From: Cycas panzhihuaensis
Taxonomy: Eukaryota; Plantae; Cycadophyta
Assembly (NCBI GenBank): GCA_023213395.1
Contig: CM041465.1
Location: forward strand, 228,911,741 to 228,975,740
Reading direction: 5' to 3'
Length of the DNA stretch: 64,000 nucleotides
Part shown: one piece after another, positions 23,676 through 36,045 of the stretch
Position numbering within the stretch: the stretch's first letter is position 1
Layout of the letters: each line of letters opens with the position of its first letter
Program-made: the position numbers and the translations under genes
The notes under the pieces: model-generated
What the model was told of the DNA's origin: nothing
Databases searched by the model: none
The model's input: only the letters and a program-made list of their open reading frames with translations

Positions 23676-26600
23676 TCTTTTACTTTTGATAATGCTGGAA
23701 TAAATATTTTACCCTTCTGTAAAATCAAGCCTCCTTGTAGATTGTACTTGGTACTTCCTTGATTCTTGATCTCTTCCAATATCTTCCCTGAGAGAGGGTC
23801 ATTTTGGTATTCTTGGATTAGTTCGTGTGTGCAACTAGGAGTAGCCACTGATATTGCTTGTAGTGAGATCTCACCACCATTGTCTTCAAGTATACGTGAT
23901 AATGCATTTGCGATTACATTCTCTTTGCTCTTTTTGTATAAAATATTGAAATCAAATGTTTGAAGTTTACTTACCCATTTTTGTTCATCTGAGGGATTTT
24001 TTTGGTTAAGGAAGTATTTGAGGCTGTCGTGATTCGTTTTGACCACGAATATATTCTCTAGAAAATATTGGCGTCACTGATGAATAATGTGCATGATTGC
24101 AAGTATCTCTTTGTCGTAGATAGGTTTGGGTCGCTCCCCTACAATTCAACTTTCGGCTTTTGTATGCTAGTAGTCACTCATTTTGGTGGACGAATGCTCC
24201 TATCCTAGTTCTTGACGTATCACACTCTATGAGGTGAAGGGCTGGGAAAAATTTGGAGTTGCAAGCACAAGGGCGATGATCATTGTCCTCTTGAAACCGT
24301 GGAAAGCGTCCTCTGCTAGGGTGTTCCAAGCAAATGTATCCTCCTTTGTGAGATCAATTAGAGGTGACGTAATGCGAGTGTACCCCTTGATAAACTTCCT
24401 AAGAAATCTTGCTACGCCTAGGAAAGACCTGACCCTTGTGACATTCTTGGGAGTGGCCTAGTTAAAGATGGCTTGGACCTTCCTTGGAACCATCTTGATT
24501 CCTTCTTGCAAAATAATGTATCGTAGATATTCGAGCTCCACTTTCCCGAATGTGCATTTTTTTGTTAGAAAAAAGTTGATTGCTCTTTAAGATCTGGAGA
24601 ACAACCTTGATATGCTCTAAGTGTTCCTCCCATGTTGCACTATAGATTATAATGTTGTCAAAAAAATTAGCACAAATTTCCGTAAGAAGGGTTTTAGTAT
24701 GGTATTCATTGTGTTCTAGAATGTTGTTGGCGCGCTTGTTAGGCCAAATGGCATAACTTTGAATTCGAACGATCCCTTATGAGTGCGGAAAGTTGTCTTG
24801 TGCACTTCCTCCGTTTTGATGCGAACCCAGAAGTATCCCGATCGAAGATTGATCTTTGAAAAATATTTCGCCCTGCATATTTCATCCAACAAATCATCTA
24901 TCCGTGGGATGGAATAGCGATTCTTGATAGTGATCTTGTTCAACCCCCTATAGTCAACACACATATGGTAGGTCTCGTCCTCTTTTTGCTTAAGTATAAC
25001 TGGGGATGCAAATGGGCTTGTGTTGTTCGCAATATATCCTTAGTGTAATAGTTGCTTGGCTATTTGCTTGATCTCCCTCTTTAATTGTTAGGTGTAGCAG
25101 TAAGGATGAAGGTTGACTGGTGTAGCTCTTGGTACCAGTTTGATGATATGCTAGCATCTACGATCAGGGGGGAGCCCTAGTAGGGGTTCCTCAAACACTA
25201 AATTGTATTGGTCTATGACTTCTTGTATCTCCATCAGAATGTCTTCTATTGCGATCTTATAGCAAGTCATTATGTATGTTGATGTATCCTTCTTCAACAT
25301 CTACTCTGTGGGATGGGATGTCACCAGCTGCATTGGGGGTGTATGGGATGCTTGCAACATATAATGGTACCTCTTCTGTCGGAAGCTCATGAACTGTGTT
25401 TTGAAATTAGTGACTACATTTCCTAATAATTGTAGCCATTGTTCCCCTAACACAGCATTGACTCCTCCCACTGGCATTGCAAACATGTAGGTGTTTATGG
25501 AATAATCGTTGATCTGAAGGCTCACCTTTTGACAATAAACCTCCACATGGCATGGATTTTCCATTTGCAATGGCAACCTGCAAAGCGTTGAGCACTTTGA
25601 TGGGTAGACCCAATTTCTCCGTGGTCGGTCGATTTATGAAATTGGGGGTACTCCCGCTATTAGTGAGGATGGCTACTGGCGATCCTTGATCATCCCTTGT
25701 AATTGTAATGTTTGAGGTGTGTTACTTTGCCCTATGATGGCTTGTAGTGATATCTGCACATTCTCAATGTCCAAATCCAGAAGCTCTTCTACTTCGGCCT
25801 CCTCATCCTCTTCTAGAATCTTTTCTTCTTCTGGGACAGTTACTTTGTTACTATGGATCATAAAGACCTTCCTTGATGGGCATTGATGGTCTTTATTCCA
25901 TTTTCCTTTGCATTTAAAGCACATCCCTCTCTTAAGATGTTCGTCTCTTTTAGTACTCTAATTGCTTTGTTGGTGCTTGTTCCTGTGAGTGGGGGATTCA
26001 CTTTTGTTCTTAACCTAGTCTAATTTGGGTTGGAGCTCTAATTTTGGTAGGTTGGCAGCTCATTTCTTTGGTTGTAATTAGGCCTACATTCTCTAAATTC
26101 TGCTTCAATATTCCTTGCATGTCTGATGGCTTCTCTTATATTTGTGGCCCCCATTGTCTTTATGTAGTATTTGATGGGCCCTTTGAGTCCCTTGATGTAC
26201 GTCTTGGCAATGAGCTCGACTAGTATTCGATCAGTAACCAGGCATCAGAGGGCTTGGAATTGTTCCCTGTATGCTTGAATTGATACTGTTTGTTGCATTC
26301 TGGTTAACTAGGCAAAATAATCTATATTCCACGAATCTTCATACTGATCTATCAATCCCACTTTGAGAGAACGCCAAGGCTCGACAAAAATACCCGTGTG
26401 GACCTTCCTCCACCGATGGAACCATTGGAGGGCCTTCCCCCATAAGTGAAGTGAGGCTGTCAGAACTTTGTCTCCACTAGATACATCATAAACCTAGAAA
26501 TAGGTCTCCATCTATAGTATCTAGCTTTGGATATCCCTTGATCTATTTGGATCAAATTTTTCCAATGAAAACTTTGTTCCCCTCAGACCATAGTTTGGTT

Positions 26601-27615
26601 CCCAACTCCTTGGTTCCTCTGCTAGAAATCCCTTTGGTCTCTATATTTTGAGAGTCCTCTGTTGAGTCATCTTTCGAACTTGTCTTCTCTCCCCACTTCC
26701 TCTTTTTCTTCTGTGTGTTCATCTGATTTTTGATCGTTGGATGGGCCTATATCCTTTGGCCTTCCCATGGTTGTAGTTGTAAGTTGTTGAATGTCCCTTC
26801 TAATCTGGTTTAAAGTGTTGTTGATTTGAGCTATCTCGTTGTTGAGTGTATCAACACGCTTGGATACATTTGCTACTGTTTTTTATGGTTGGTTCACCAT
26901 TTTGTTAGATGGAAGGGTTCTCCCTAATCTTAGGTCCATTCTAGGGGAGAATTTATGTTAGCATTTTCCCCATGTGGAGACTTCTTTTGACCCAACTTTG
27001 AACAAAGCCCTGATACCACTTGAAGTGAGCCAATCCTAAATTTTAAGGAAAATATACACAAATATAAGAGAAAATATACACAAGAGTAGATCTTCCTGAT
27101 ATTTGGATGTAGATGCGAAGATATATATAATAATTGAATGTAATTGCCTATAAAATACTAGGAATAATGATTTACAGAACTTACAAGTACATCTAATGAA
27201 ATTCCCTCTTCGAGGCAAGGTTCTCTCTTGAAAAATGGCAGCCCAAAGGCCTACTTCACTACAACCAAGTCTTTAGTTGTGATGATCAAGAATGAGCCCA
27301 TCCTTCCCTTTAAGTAGGTGGCCAAACCTCTAGGTTAAAGCTCAACCAAAATAAGTATGGAAGTCTGCCAGAAAAGAGGCTTTAAGTTGGCTAGACTTAC
27401 TGCTAGAAGTAGGCCAAAATGAAGGCTTTTCTGGGCTTATTTAAGTTGGCCAGATCCTCCCTAATAGGTCGACTAGACAGGGAAAAGGAATGTTTCAGTA
27501 TCTATCGTTTGATAGCAATTTTTTTGAATTTTGATGGTAGAAATTAGATTTTGACTAATGAATTTTGATTTCTTTTAGTGCAAAAATCTTGTTCATAGCT
27601 ATAATGGCCTCAACA
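23676..27615 (-). mobile_element. 5' part of Gypsy chromovirus 'Gypsy-2' (Reina-like), cut at the integrase N-terminus by Copia-4
   Basis: gag with CFKCKGKWNKDHQC (25673-25924), protease (25301-25670), RT (MCVDYRGLNKITIKNRY, 24716-24964), RNase H (23676-24460). PBS at 27007-27018; LTR ~27021-27615. Confidence 0.88.
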
Positions 27616-27620
27616 AGGAA

Positions 27621-28137
27621 GCTCTGATACCATTTGTGAGAACTCTAACTAAAATTTTACATCAGATCGATAAAATAATCACATAAACTTATACTATTGT
27701 CAACTAAGATAGTATTCTTAGACAAAACTAACCATCAACTATGCACTAAACAAAATTAACGCTAAATGTAAATATCCGCTAGAATAATAATAAATGCTAT
27801 AACAGTATGGAGTGTATAGAAAAATTACCCTCTTCCAGGTGAGGTGTCATCTCAATAACTATCCTTGTTAGGAATGTACCTTCTAGAGGCAAATGCTTAA
27901 CACCAATGCTGATTGTATAAATGAGGTTAGGTTGCCTTATATATAGGAATAAAGAATGATAAAGATAGAATTCAGTTTTAGAAAGAAGTCGGTCAATTTT
28001 TAATAGTAGAGAATAAATAGAGAATCAAGAAGTCCATTCCATATAAAGAGAGAAGACATGCTACATCAAATTCGAGCATTGTGTAGTCAAATGGTCCAAA
28101 AAGTTATGAGTGCTACCTAGGTCAAGCAAGATTATCA
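27621..28137 (-). mobile_element. PBS plus 5' LTR of a further LTR element ('X')
   Basis: Perfect Met PBS TGGTATCAGAGC (27621-27632), then TG at 27635. AT-rich LTR-like sequence ends TATCA at 28137, where Gypsy gag/protease-linker sequence resumes. Confidence 0.6.
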
Positions 28138-28900
28138 TTGGTTGCTTTCTAATGTAGCCCTTAACCTAGAGAATATCTAGTCTAATTAAGCCTATCGTTA
28201 CTGAGAAGGATATTTGGGGAGTCTCATTTTCTAGGGTGGGAGGCATGTCCTCTTGGTTTGGCATTGTGCATATGTTTGCTTCTTCGTCTTCATCATCTTC
28301 ATCGTCTTCTTTAAATCTAGGTTGATAGTATATAATTATTTCATAGTATATATATGGTTGTTCACCCAATTTTCCTTGTACAAGAAGCATAATCCCTTCA
28401 ATATCTTTGCTCGTTTAACCTTGGACAATTGTGATATTGGTCTATTTCATTGATTGAGCCTTATATATCTTTTTGGCCTGTTACTCGGTCTCTAAGGTTG
28501 GGCTCCCTTTTTCTTTTTTATGAGGTTGAGTATATATATATATATATATATATACCCCTTCTTAAGCTTCTTGTTGTGTCGGTACTCAAGATTCATATAA
28601 TTTAGCTAAGCTCATGGCCTTATCTCAGTCCTCTGAGGTTTTAAAACTTTAGGATCAATTTGTATCTTGAGAATTAACCCATAAATATATATTTGAATCA
28701 ATGCATTGTTTGCAATGTCTTCTACCACATATGATAGTTTGGTGAAACCCACATTGGATTCCTTTACGATTCCTATCTATTATAGCTTATGTAATTTGTA
28801 GTAATAATTTATGTTACCTCTATAAGAAGAGTTTGTTAAAGTCCTTCCAACTAGGTAATTTAGGCTAATACTGGCTCCTTTCCAAATATTGTTATCATTT
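28138..28900 (-). pseudogene. Degenerate Gypsy gag remnant ('Gypsy-4', Reina-like)
   Basis: Acidic linker then ETPQISFSVTIG...VKGYIRKQP (compare Gypsy-2 QISLQAIIG...LQGMIKDRQ); gag remnants SWKDFNKLF and IQIYIYGL. Confidence 0.65.
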
Positions 28901-29006
28901 GCATCAAATGCCCTTTGGGCGTAGAGTGGTAATTTATAATTTTTCTCTCTTATTCACACCAATCAAAACTATAGTTCCATTTGACGAAATCCAAAATTGA
29001 GGTTGC

Positions 29007-32000
29007 ATGATTTTTCTACTCATTGCTAAATTGAAAAATCGACGACTTTTCATGTATTTGAAAGTGGAAAACCCTAAAGAAGAAGAAATATTAGAAAAGG
29101 AGGAAATTACTTCAGAGGAGGAAGAAGAAACCCTAGGCAAGGTAGGAGAATCAAGCGGGGATTATTATTTGAACAACACAAGTGGTAGTGAGGAGAAGGC
29201 AAAGGAAGGTCCCTCGGTATATTCGGAGAATCATTTGACAGGGAAGCTATTTGAAGATGCACCAAGTAAGTAATCTACCTAGTCATTTGTGATTGCAACA
29301 CCATTAGTAGTGCAGGTACCATTGTGTGAGGAGCCTATACAATTGAGAGCACCCGTTCTAAATCCATTATTTGGAAGACATGGTCTTGGGGAAGAAAGCA
29401 TGCTTGGGACACCTCCAAGACCTAGTGCAGTAGTGGATGAAGTTGCATATGTAGAAGAAAAAGTTATTTTATGCACAATTCAAAGGAGAGTTACATGACC
29501 TATTTTTACTAAGATGGCATATTCTAAAGAGTTTGACAAGTTAATTTTTGATGATACAATAGATGTCAGAGAGCATGTGTACTTGTTTCAGAATTTGATA
29601 AATGTGAAAAAATAACAAACGTGGATGAGATTAATAGTAAGTTTGCACCTACATTACAGGGTGTACCATTGGCATGGTACAAACAATTAGATTTAACAAA
29701 TAAAACATGAGCAGACATTAAAAGGAAGTTTGAAGAAAGATTTCAAAGGCAATGAGGCAATGGATCTTGCTTTAAAAGAAATCTGACAAAGACTAGGAGA
29801 ATTAGTATTGATCTATATGAGTTGTATGAACATTATAGCTGCTAACATGACAAATGGGGAGAAGGTTGCCTATTATAACATGAGGAATTATTTTTTTAAT
29901 AGACTAAATGCAAAACTATGAGAAGCAATGATGGTTCATCTCTTGAAATCTTTTCAAAACGCCCAAGAATTAGTATTAGAATTTGGGAAATAAATGGATG
30001 CATGATTAGGAGGTTAGGATTAGTTATTGCTAAAACTCCAAGATGAGATCCAAGAGCTGAAACATCAAAATTATGGCAAACCATATTTCCAAATTCAAAA
30101 ATCGAAAGAGACTTTGGAGGTGGGAGTGCTTAGGAAAGAAGTCACAAGGTTAAAATTAGGAGCACAGAAATCCAAAGGAGACGAAGAAGAAAGAGGGAAG
30201 AAACAAAGAGGCAAAGAGTCTTGTATTGAAAAGGGTGTCGCATATATGACAAAAATTCTCATCCTGCCAAGGAATGTGATTTAAACCCTAAAAATAACGC
30301 AATAAGGAAACAAGACAAATGGTGCCACATATGTGGTGTGGACACCCACAATACTAAGGAATGTTATTTCAACTCTCGTTGGAAGAATAACTAGGGAAGA
30401 GGAAGAAACATGGTGCTGACTTATAACTAGAACAATATACACCACCAAAGCCACTCTAGTAACTTCAAGAAGGAAACCACCAATGGGATGTTCCTTTGTT
30501 TCTTGGAAATATGGCATTTGGCAGTTGGAATGTCTAATGGCCAAGGCACGTGAAGCATGCCCCTTTGTGTGCAAAAGTTGTGGACCTAGCAACCACTCAA
30601 CAGAGATTGTAAAAGTAAGCCCCCAACAGGAAGATGTATGTTTTGTTTGGAGCTTGGGCACTAGCGGTCAAATTGCTCTTACGAAAAGGATAGAGATAAT
30701 AACACCTACAATTGTAAAAAATATGGTCCATGTAATCACCCCTTGAAAAATTGCCCGTTAAGTGTGAGATGAAACAATCTTATGTTGACTGTGCTTGAAA
30801 CTCAAGATCGTAAATCCATTGACAACAAACCCTAAGAAGGGATTGGAGCAAGCAACTAAGGAAGTTGAAAAGAATTGCCCTCCTTACCCAAACCAGAGGT
30901 GAAGCAAGTATATCAAAGGAGGGCATCCCCAAAACGAAAGGATGTTGCCAAAGTAAGGAAGTCATAGGTAATTACGACCACATAAATCAATGCGGCCAAT
31001 TTATACAGTGACACTCCCTTGGAAGACATTCCACAAAAGTTGAGACTGTTAAAAAATCTATCAGAATAGCTAAAGTTAACCATTCTATTGTTGCAAGTAA
31101 TCTAGTGGTTAAATTTGGATTATTTCAAGTTCAAAACTCTTAAGGAGCATCTAAGGTTATAAAAGGACAATTGTAATAAACAACCCACACAAACAACAAC
31201 CCAAGAGTTATGGAAAATTGCAATCAGGGCTTGTACTTTAAAGATGGTTATAAAAACCTCTATGTATATAGTTGGTTGGAAAAAGCATATAGAGCAAATA
31301 CACCATGTACTAATTGTTATAATATGAGAATTATTTCCGATATGAATCATAATATGGAGTCTAAAAGTATGGATGATTGTGAAAACACAAATGAGCATTG
31401 TTATGAGAATGACAGTGATGAATATTTGAGCATAACAAGCAGTGAGGATTTTTATACTAGCATGAATGAAGTAGAATGTAGGGATGAAGATTCTGACATT
31501 AATGACAACTTGAAGGAAACCTGCTCTAACAGTAGGAAAAACCATAAAGGAAAGTGAATGCATGCTAGCTACAATTCTATAAGTCATAGTGGCAAAGGGG
31601 AAGATCAATCAAGACAAAATAAGAAGAAATTAGCAATGGCATGGCATGAATGTTATGTCAGGATATCTTATTTCAAAGAGGGTGATTGAGTATGGCGATT
31701 TGACAACAAATCCTAAACGCATTAGGGAGAATTAAAGATGCATTGGAAAGAACCATATGTGATTGAAAAGGTGTGCGAGAATGGCACTGTCTTGTTGAGG
31801 GAATTGGTAGGCCAACTACTACTTGAAATGGTCAAGGGAAACAATCTCAAACCCTACCACAATAGAGTAGAGAAAATTTCTTGGAGGAGTTGACCGAGTG
31901 TGACATAATGTGTTGCTTGAAGTTGGGGACAATTAAGGTTGCCGCAGTATCAAGAGTTCGATTCCATCCCGATGTTTAAAAACATAAATACAAAAAAGAT

Positions 32001-32058
32001 CGAAAAACAACATAAAACAATTGTATCTTAAATCATGCATCTAAACAAAAAACACATG

Positions 32059-32134
<76 letters not shown>

Positions 32135-34614
32135 TTAAAACTATAAAAATGGAAGAAATTATGGAAAAGAGATCAAAACTATGTATAAAAATCATCTCTT
32201 TTACTAATTGTTCCAAACAAATACACTATGCATTTTAGAAAAGGAACGGGAATGGGAACGTATTGACTAAAATGCAAATTGTTCAAAGTTACATTATGCA
32301 TTCCTGCTAGCATTCTAACAAGGAATGTATTCGAGAACACACTTGATGAAAAGAGAAAATTAGATCCATTCTTCTTTATTCCAGCAAGAGGAAATTCTAG
32401 AAGCCATCAACATTGTCTTGAAGTGAATTGAGGTCATTTCTAGCAAGCATACTGCAAAGACTTGCATCTATTCCATATTTGAAAACATAGAATGCATATA
32501 GAAATTCGTTCCACATAAGAATGTTTGATGGAACACATCTCAGGTTTACAAATTAAAAATCCTTGATTTCCTTATATTTTCATCTTGTTTCTATTAAACA
32601 CAATTGGTATTATTTTCTACTAGATCCACACAATGTGTACAGTGAACATGGTAGTTTGTTAAGAGAATTGTTTGTCAAAATTGAGGGCAGAATTGGAGGG
32701 AATGCTAACAACCTTAAAAAATCAGTTGAAACAAGCAAGTTGGGGAGAATACATTCGTATGGCACCATTGCATTGGGATCCAGAGATTATGGAGCATATT
32801 TCAATGGATCTGAAGAAAGATATGGGGCATATTCAGTTGAATGTGGATGTGAGTCATATCTTGATGGGACTTTTTAAGGAGGGGGGGTGGCCATTAAATG
32901 CTGTGAAGTGGATCAAAAAATTTGGGTTAGAGGTATGTGCAATGAAAATACCCAAATATTCTTTGATGGCATTAGAATCATCGACATCATCACTCATTTT
33001 TTCGATACACATACATTCCCAAGGGAATGATGCTAGTGCTTGTACAAATTCATGATGGAATACAGCTAAATTGGTGTAAGTTTTTGACGACTAATATGAG
33101 GTAGTAAATCTAGGAGGTACAAATCTATCCCTTTAGACATCCTTCCTTATTGTTGGCCATTTTATTACATCAATGTCCAGGTGTGCAACCACCACAAATG
33201 CCCATACGGCAAGGAGAGCCATTGATTAAAGAATAGGTAAATGCATTTCCAACTAATACTCAAGATATGGAAATTAAGAGGCAAATAAAGAAGACATGAT
33301 GAAATTTGTGAAATAGCTACAATAAAAGCTAGTTAGCCATATTCCACATAGATCAAAATAGGTGGTTAAAAAGAGCATAAAAAGAGGTTGGGTCAAGTTA
33401 GAAGAAATAGAATCCAAGCCTTCATTGCAGAAGTGGGAAGTGATGGAGGAGGAATTACATATGGTCATTGAGCCAGGAGAAGGATCCTCACAACCACAAA
33501 CTCCCTTGGAGGGCAAGGGAAACAAATAATCTAGTTTGTGGAAGAGCTAGAGAAAGAATATAAGGTGGAAATTGCCACTCTACATGAGAAATTGAAGGAA
33601 GAAGATGTTATTATTGCCACTTTGACACAAATCAATGAATATATGCTAAAAACCAATGAGCCTAGTGGTGATCCAAGATTGCAAGAGCAACCCTAGTTAT
33701 AGATTGAGGAGAAAGCAAATACAAAATTTTGAACTTTTGGTTTTTTTCTTGAACAAGGATGCTGAATCACTTTTTTCTTGACCCGAGATATTTGTGGGGT
33801 AAAATTTGGTTCTCATACGCTTTGGATAGCAGAAAAGGTATCAACTTGTGTCTAATAGGGCGAGGTGAGTGCAAGAATGCTCCAACAAACGACCATATGG
33901 AGGAACGCATGCTAAAAGTGGACAACATTTGCTAGAAAATAGTTCTTAGAGAATGCATGACAGGGTACATTCAAAAACAAGAACACAATACAGGCAGAAT
34001 CAATGTGGAATACATATTGAGAAAGAAAAAAAATGCAAGCACCAAACTGAATGAAACGTTTGATGATGTCATCAACACATACATATGTGCTGACATATGC
34101 CTAGAATGATTAAAATATGGTCATTAATTAGAGTCATAATGAAAAGGTGTGTGTTATGAAAAGGAATGGTTGTGATCATAAGCCACAAACATTCCCTTCA
34201 AGAGACATGTAATTGGGTATTTATGAGTCATTTCTCACCTTGTTCGATGTGGGAGCCAAGTTATTGAGTTCTATGACATGTTTTCAAGTGTGGGTATCGA
34301 ATTATTTGATTTAGTGACATCTTCTCTAGTGTGGAAGCCAATTGTAATGATCTCCAGTGATGTAAAAGACTATTGTATGGTGTTATTGCTAAATGAAATC
34401 ATAGTTATAAGGACTATTGTGCTTCATGTGTGAATGCATTGTCTTTGATTGTGATAGTGATATTGTGATACTATGATGATGTTATAAAGGTGTCATTATG
34501 TTGATATTTATGGTCTTGTGGAGCATGTTGTGATGAATATATATATGTGTGTGTGTGTGTGGGTAGTGTTATGATTGTGTGGCTGACATGTTGGATATTC
34601 CGGGGCAAACTACA
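29007..34614 (+). mobile_element. Non-autonomous Gypsy (non-chromovirus, Athila/Tat-like) with multi-knuckle gag, deleted pol and 3' extra ORF remnants
   Basis: Retrotrans-gag remnant ~29520-29750 (TLQGVPLAWYKQL...KRKFEERF); CCHC array 30235-30755; integrase C-terminus ~31670-31860 (KMHWKEPYVIEKVCENGTV...NLKPYH); extra ORFs 32563-33700; LTR-like ~33793-34614 with unclear ends. Confidence 0.6.
32064..32132. repeat. (TA)n microsatellite
   Basis: About 34 TA units. Confidence 0.95.
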
Positions 34615-35775
34615 CGGTAGTGGACTTTTTGACAAAGATGCTTAAGGGGACAAAAGCAAGAGTCTACACTAATGTTCATGTCCTAGTTATAGTTTGGGAG
34701 TGGCTCTTACTGGAATTTGTGGAGCCTATGATTAGTATGGTGAAGCCACACCATTGTGACAATTCAATCTTCATCCATGTTGAGCATTCTGCTTTGTATC
34801 TCCTTTACTGAAATGTACTTTCCCATTTTGGCAGTGAATGAAAGAATGACAATTGTACCATGAATTCTAAACAATTAATATGATACTCTTGCAAGTCCTT
34901 GTATGGTAAAGGTTGTGAAGTCCCCCAATTGTGAATGCTTGATTTAGGTAAAATGCTTGAGACAATTGCATGAAGACAAAAGGTTAATCTAAGAAATTTG
35001 ACGAGATGAACCTTTGTTTCAATTTAAAGCCCTATATTTATTTGAGTCAAAGGAAGCAGTACGAAGCATGCTCCTGCAGTCCCATGTGACATTCTGTACC
35101 ATCAGTTGACGAACAAAGAATGCCATTGCAGTTCCATATGCAAGTTCCATAATTGCTTTGTGGCCCCTCTAGGCTCAAGCTGAGCAAACTCATGGGCCGG
35201 ACCACCTCAGTGGTGTGGCATCCCATATCAAAGTTCCATCATCTTAAGGAATTGCCCATTTGTTTTGTTTGTGTCTCAGTGATTAGGAACTTTATTTGTT
35301 TCCTTGATTTTATCTACTTCTTGTCAGGTCCTCATCAATGCATATCTTGTCTAGTCAGGAGAATAGTTTCCTTCTTGTTCTCAAGGGTCACATCCTATCA
35401 GCTGCATATCTGAAGTCTATGATCAAGGAGGAATAATGAGCTAGCCATGCTCTTTGTGAGCTTACCTCAGTTAGATCTAATATGTCCTATATGATAGTGG
35501 TGACCGACCATAGATGTGAGTCCATGGGTGGCGGTACTGAAACTCAAAGCTTAACGGCCTACCAATCCCTCAACTGATAAAAGGAATCAATTGCAGATGG
35601 AGTGGCAATGGATGTGGGCTCTAATAGGGTGTGCAAGTGAGAAGTAATGGGCCATTTTACGATCAGTTTCACCATTTAACTTCAGAGTTATTCTGTACTT
35701 GTGTCGAGGACTGTTTTTAAATTTTTTCAACATATGCTGATGTTTGTTTTCTTTATTTGTGTTTTTAAATGGCAG

Positions 35776-35827
35776 GCATTCAATTCTGAAGCCGATGCTT
35801 TAGCAAATGCTGCTGTTGAACTCCAAG
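35776..35827 (+). CDS. Penultimate exon of a plant RNase H1-like gene (AFNSEADALANAAVELQ)
   Basis: CAG acceptor at 35773-35775 after a T-rich tract; GT donor at 35828. The peptide matches the RNase HI C-terminal N-x-x-A-D-x-L-A helix carrying the last catalytic Asp. Confidence 0.8.
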
Positions 35828-35986
35828 GTACAAGTTCTAAGTTTCAGCAAAATTTGTTAAGTATTGTTTTGAATTTTCTTCATATTACAGGCACTTGTAT
35901 GCGGGAATCAACTCTGAATAGGTGTGGTTTTTTTCCTAAATCTCTTTTTTTTTTTGTTTTTGGGGGTGAGGGGGGTAAATTTGCAG

Positions 35987-36045
35987 ATGGTGAATGGATT
36001 TCAACTAAAGCTGGCACAAAGGGACATGGATTGGAAAACTCATAA
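35987..36045 (+). CDS. Terminal coding exon of the RNase H1-like gene (DGEWISTKAGTKGHGLENS*)
   Basis: TTGCAG acceptor at 35981-35986. The phase-1 join gives ...ELQ-DGE..., like the short tail of plant RNase H1 proteins. TAA at 36043-36045; non-TE UTR-like sequence follows. Confidence 0.72.

Noticed and set aside
1-35775. Antisense bias of intronic elements relative to the host gene
   Set aside because: Six minus versus three plus is too few, and most Gypsy elements downstream of the gene are also minus.
35776-35827. RNase H peptide as a Tat-element additional RNase H
   Set aside because: It is bounded by canonical splice sites, followed by a second exon and stop, and has no adjacent RT or integrase.
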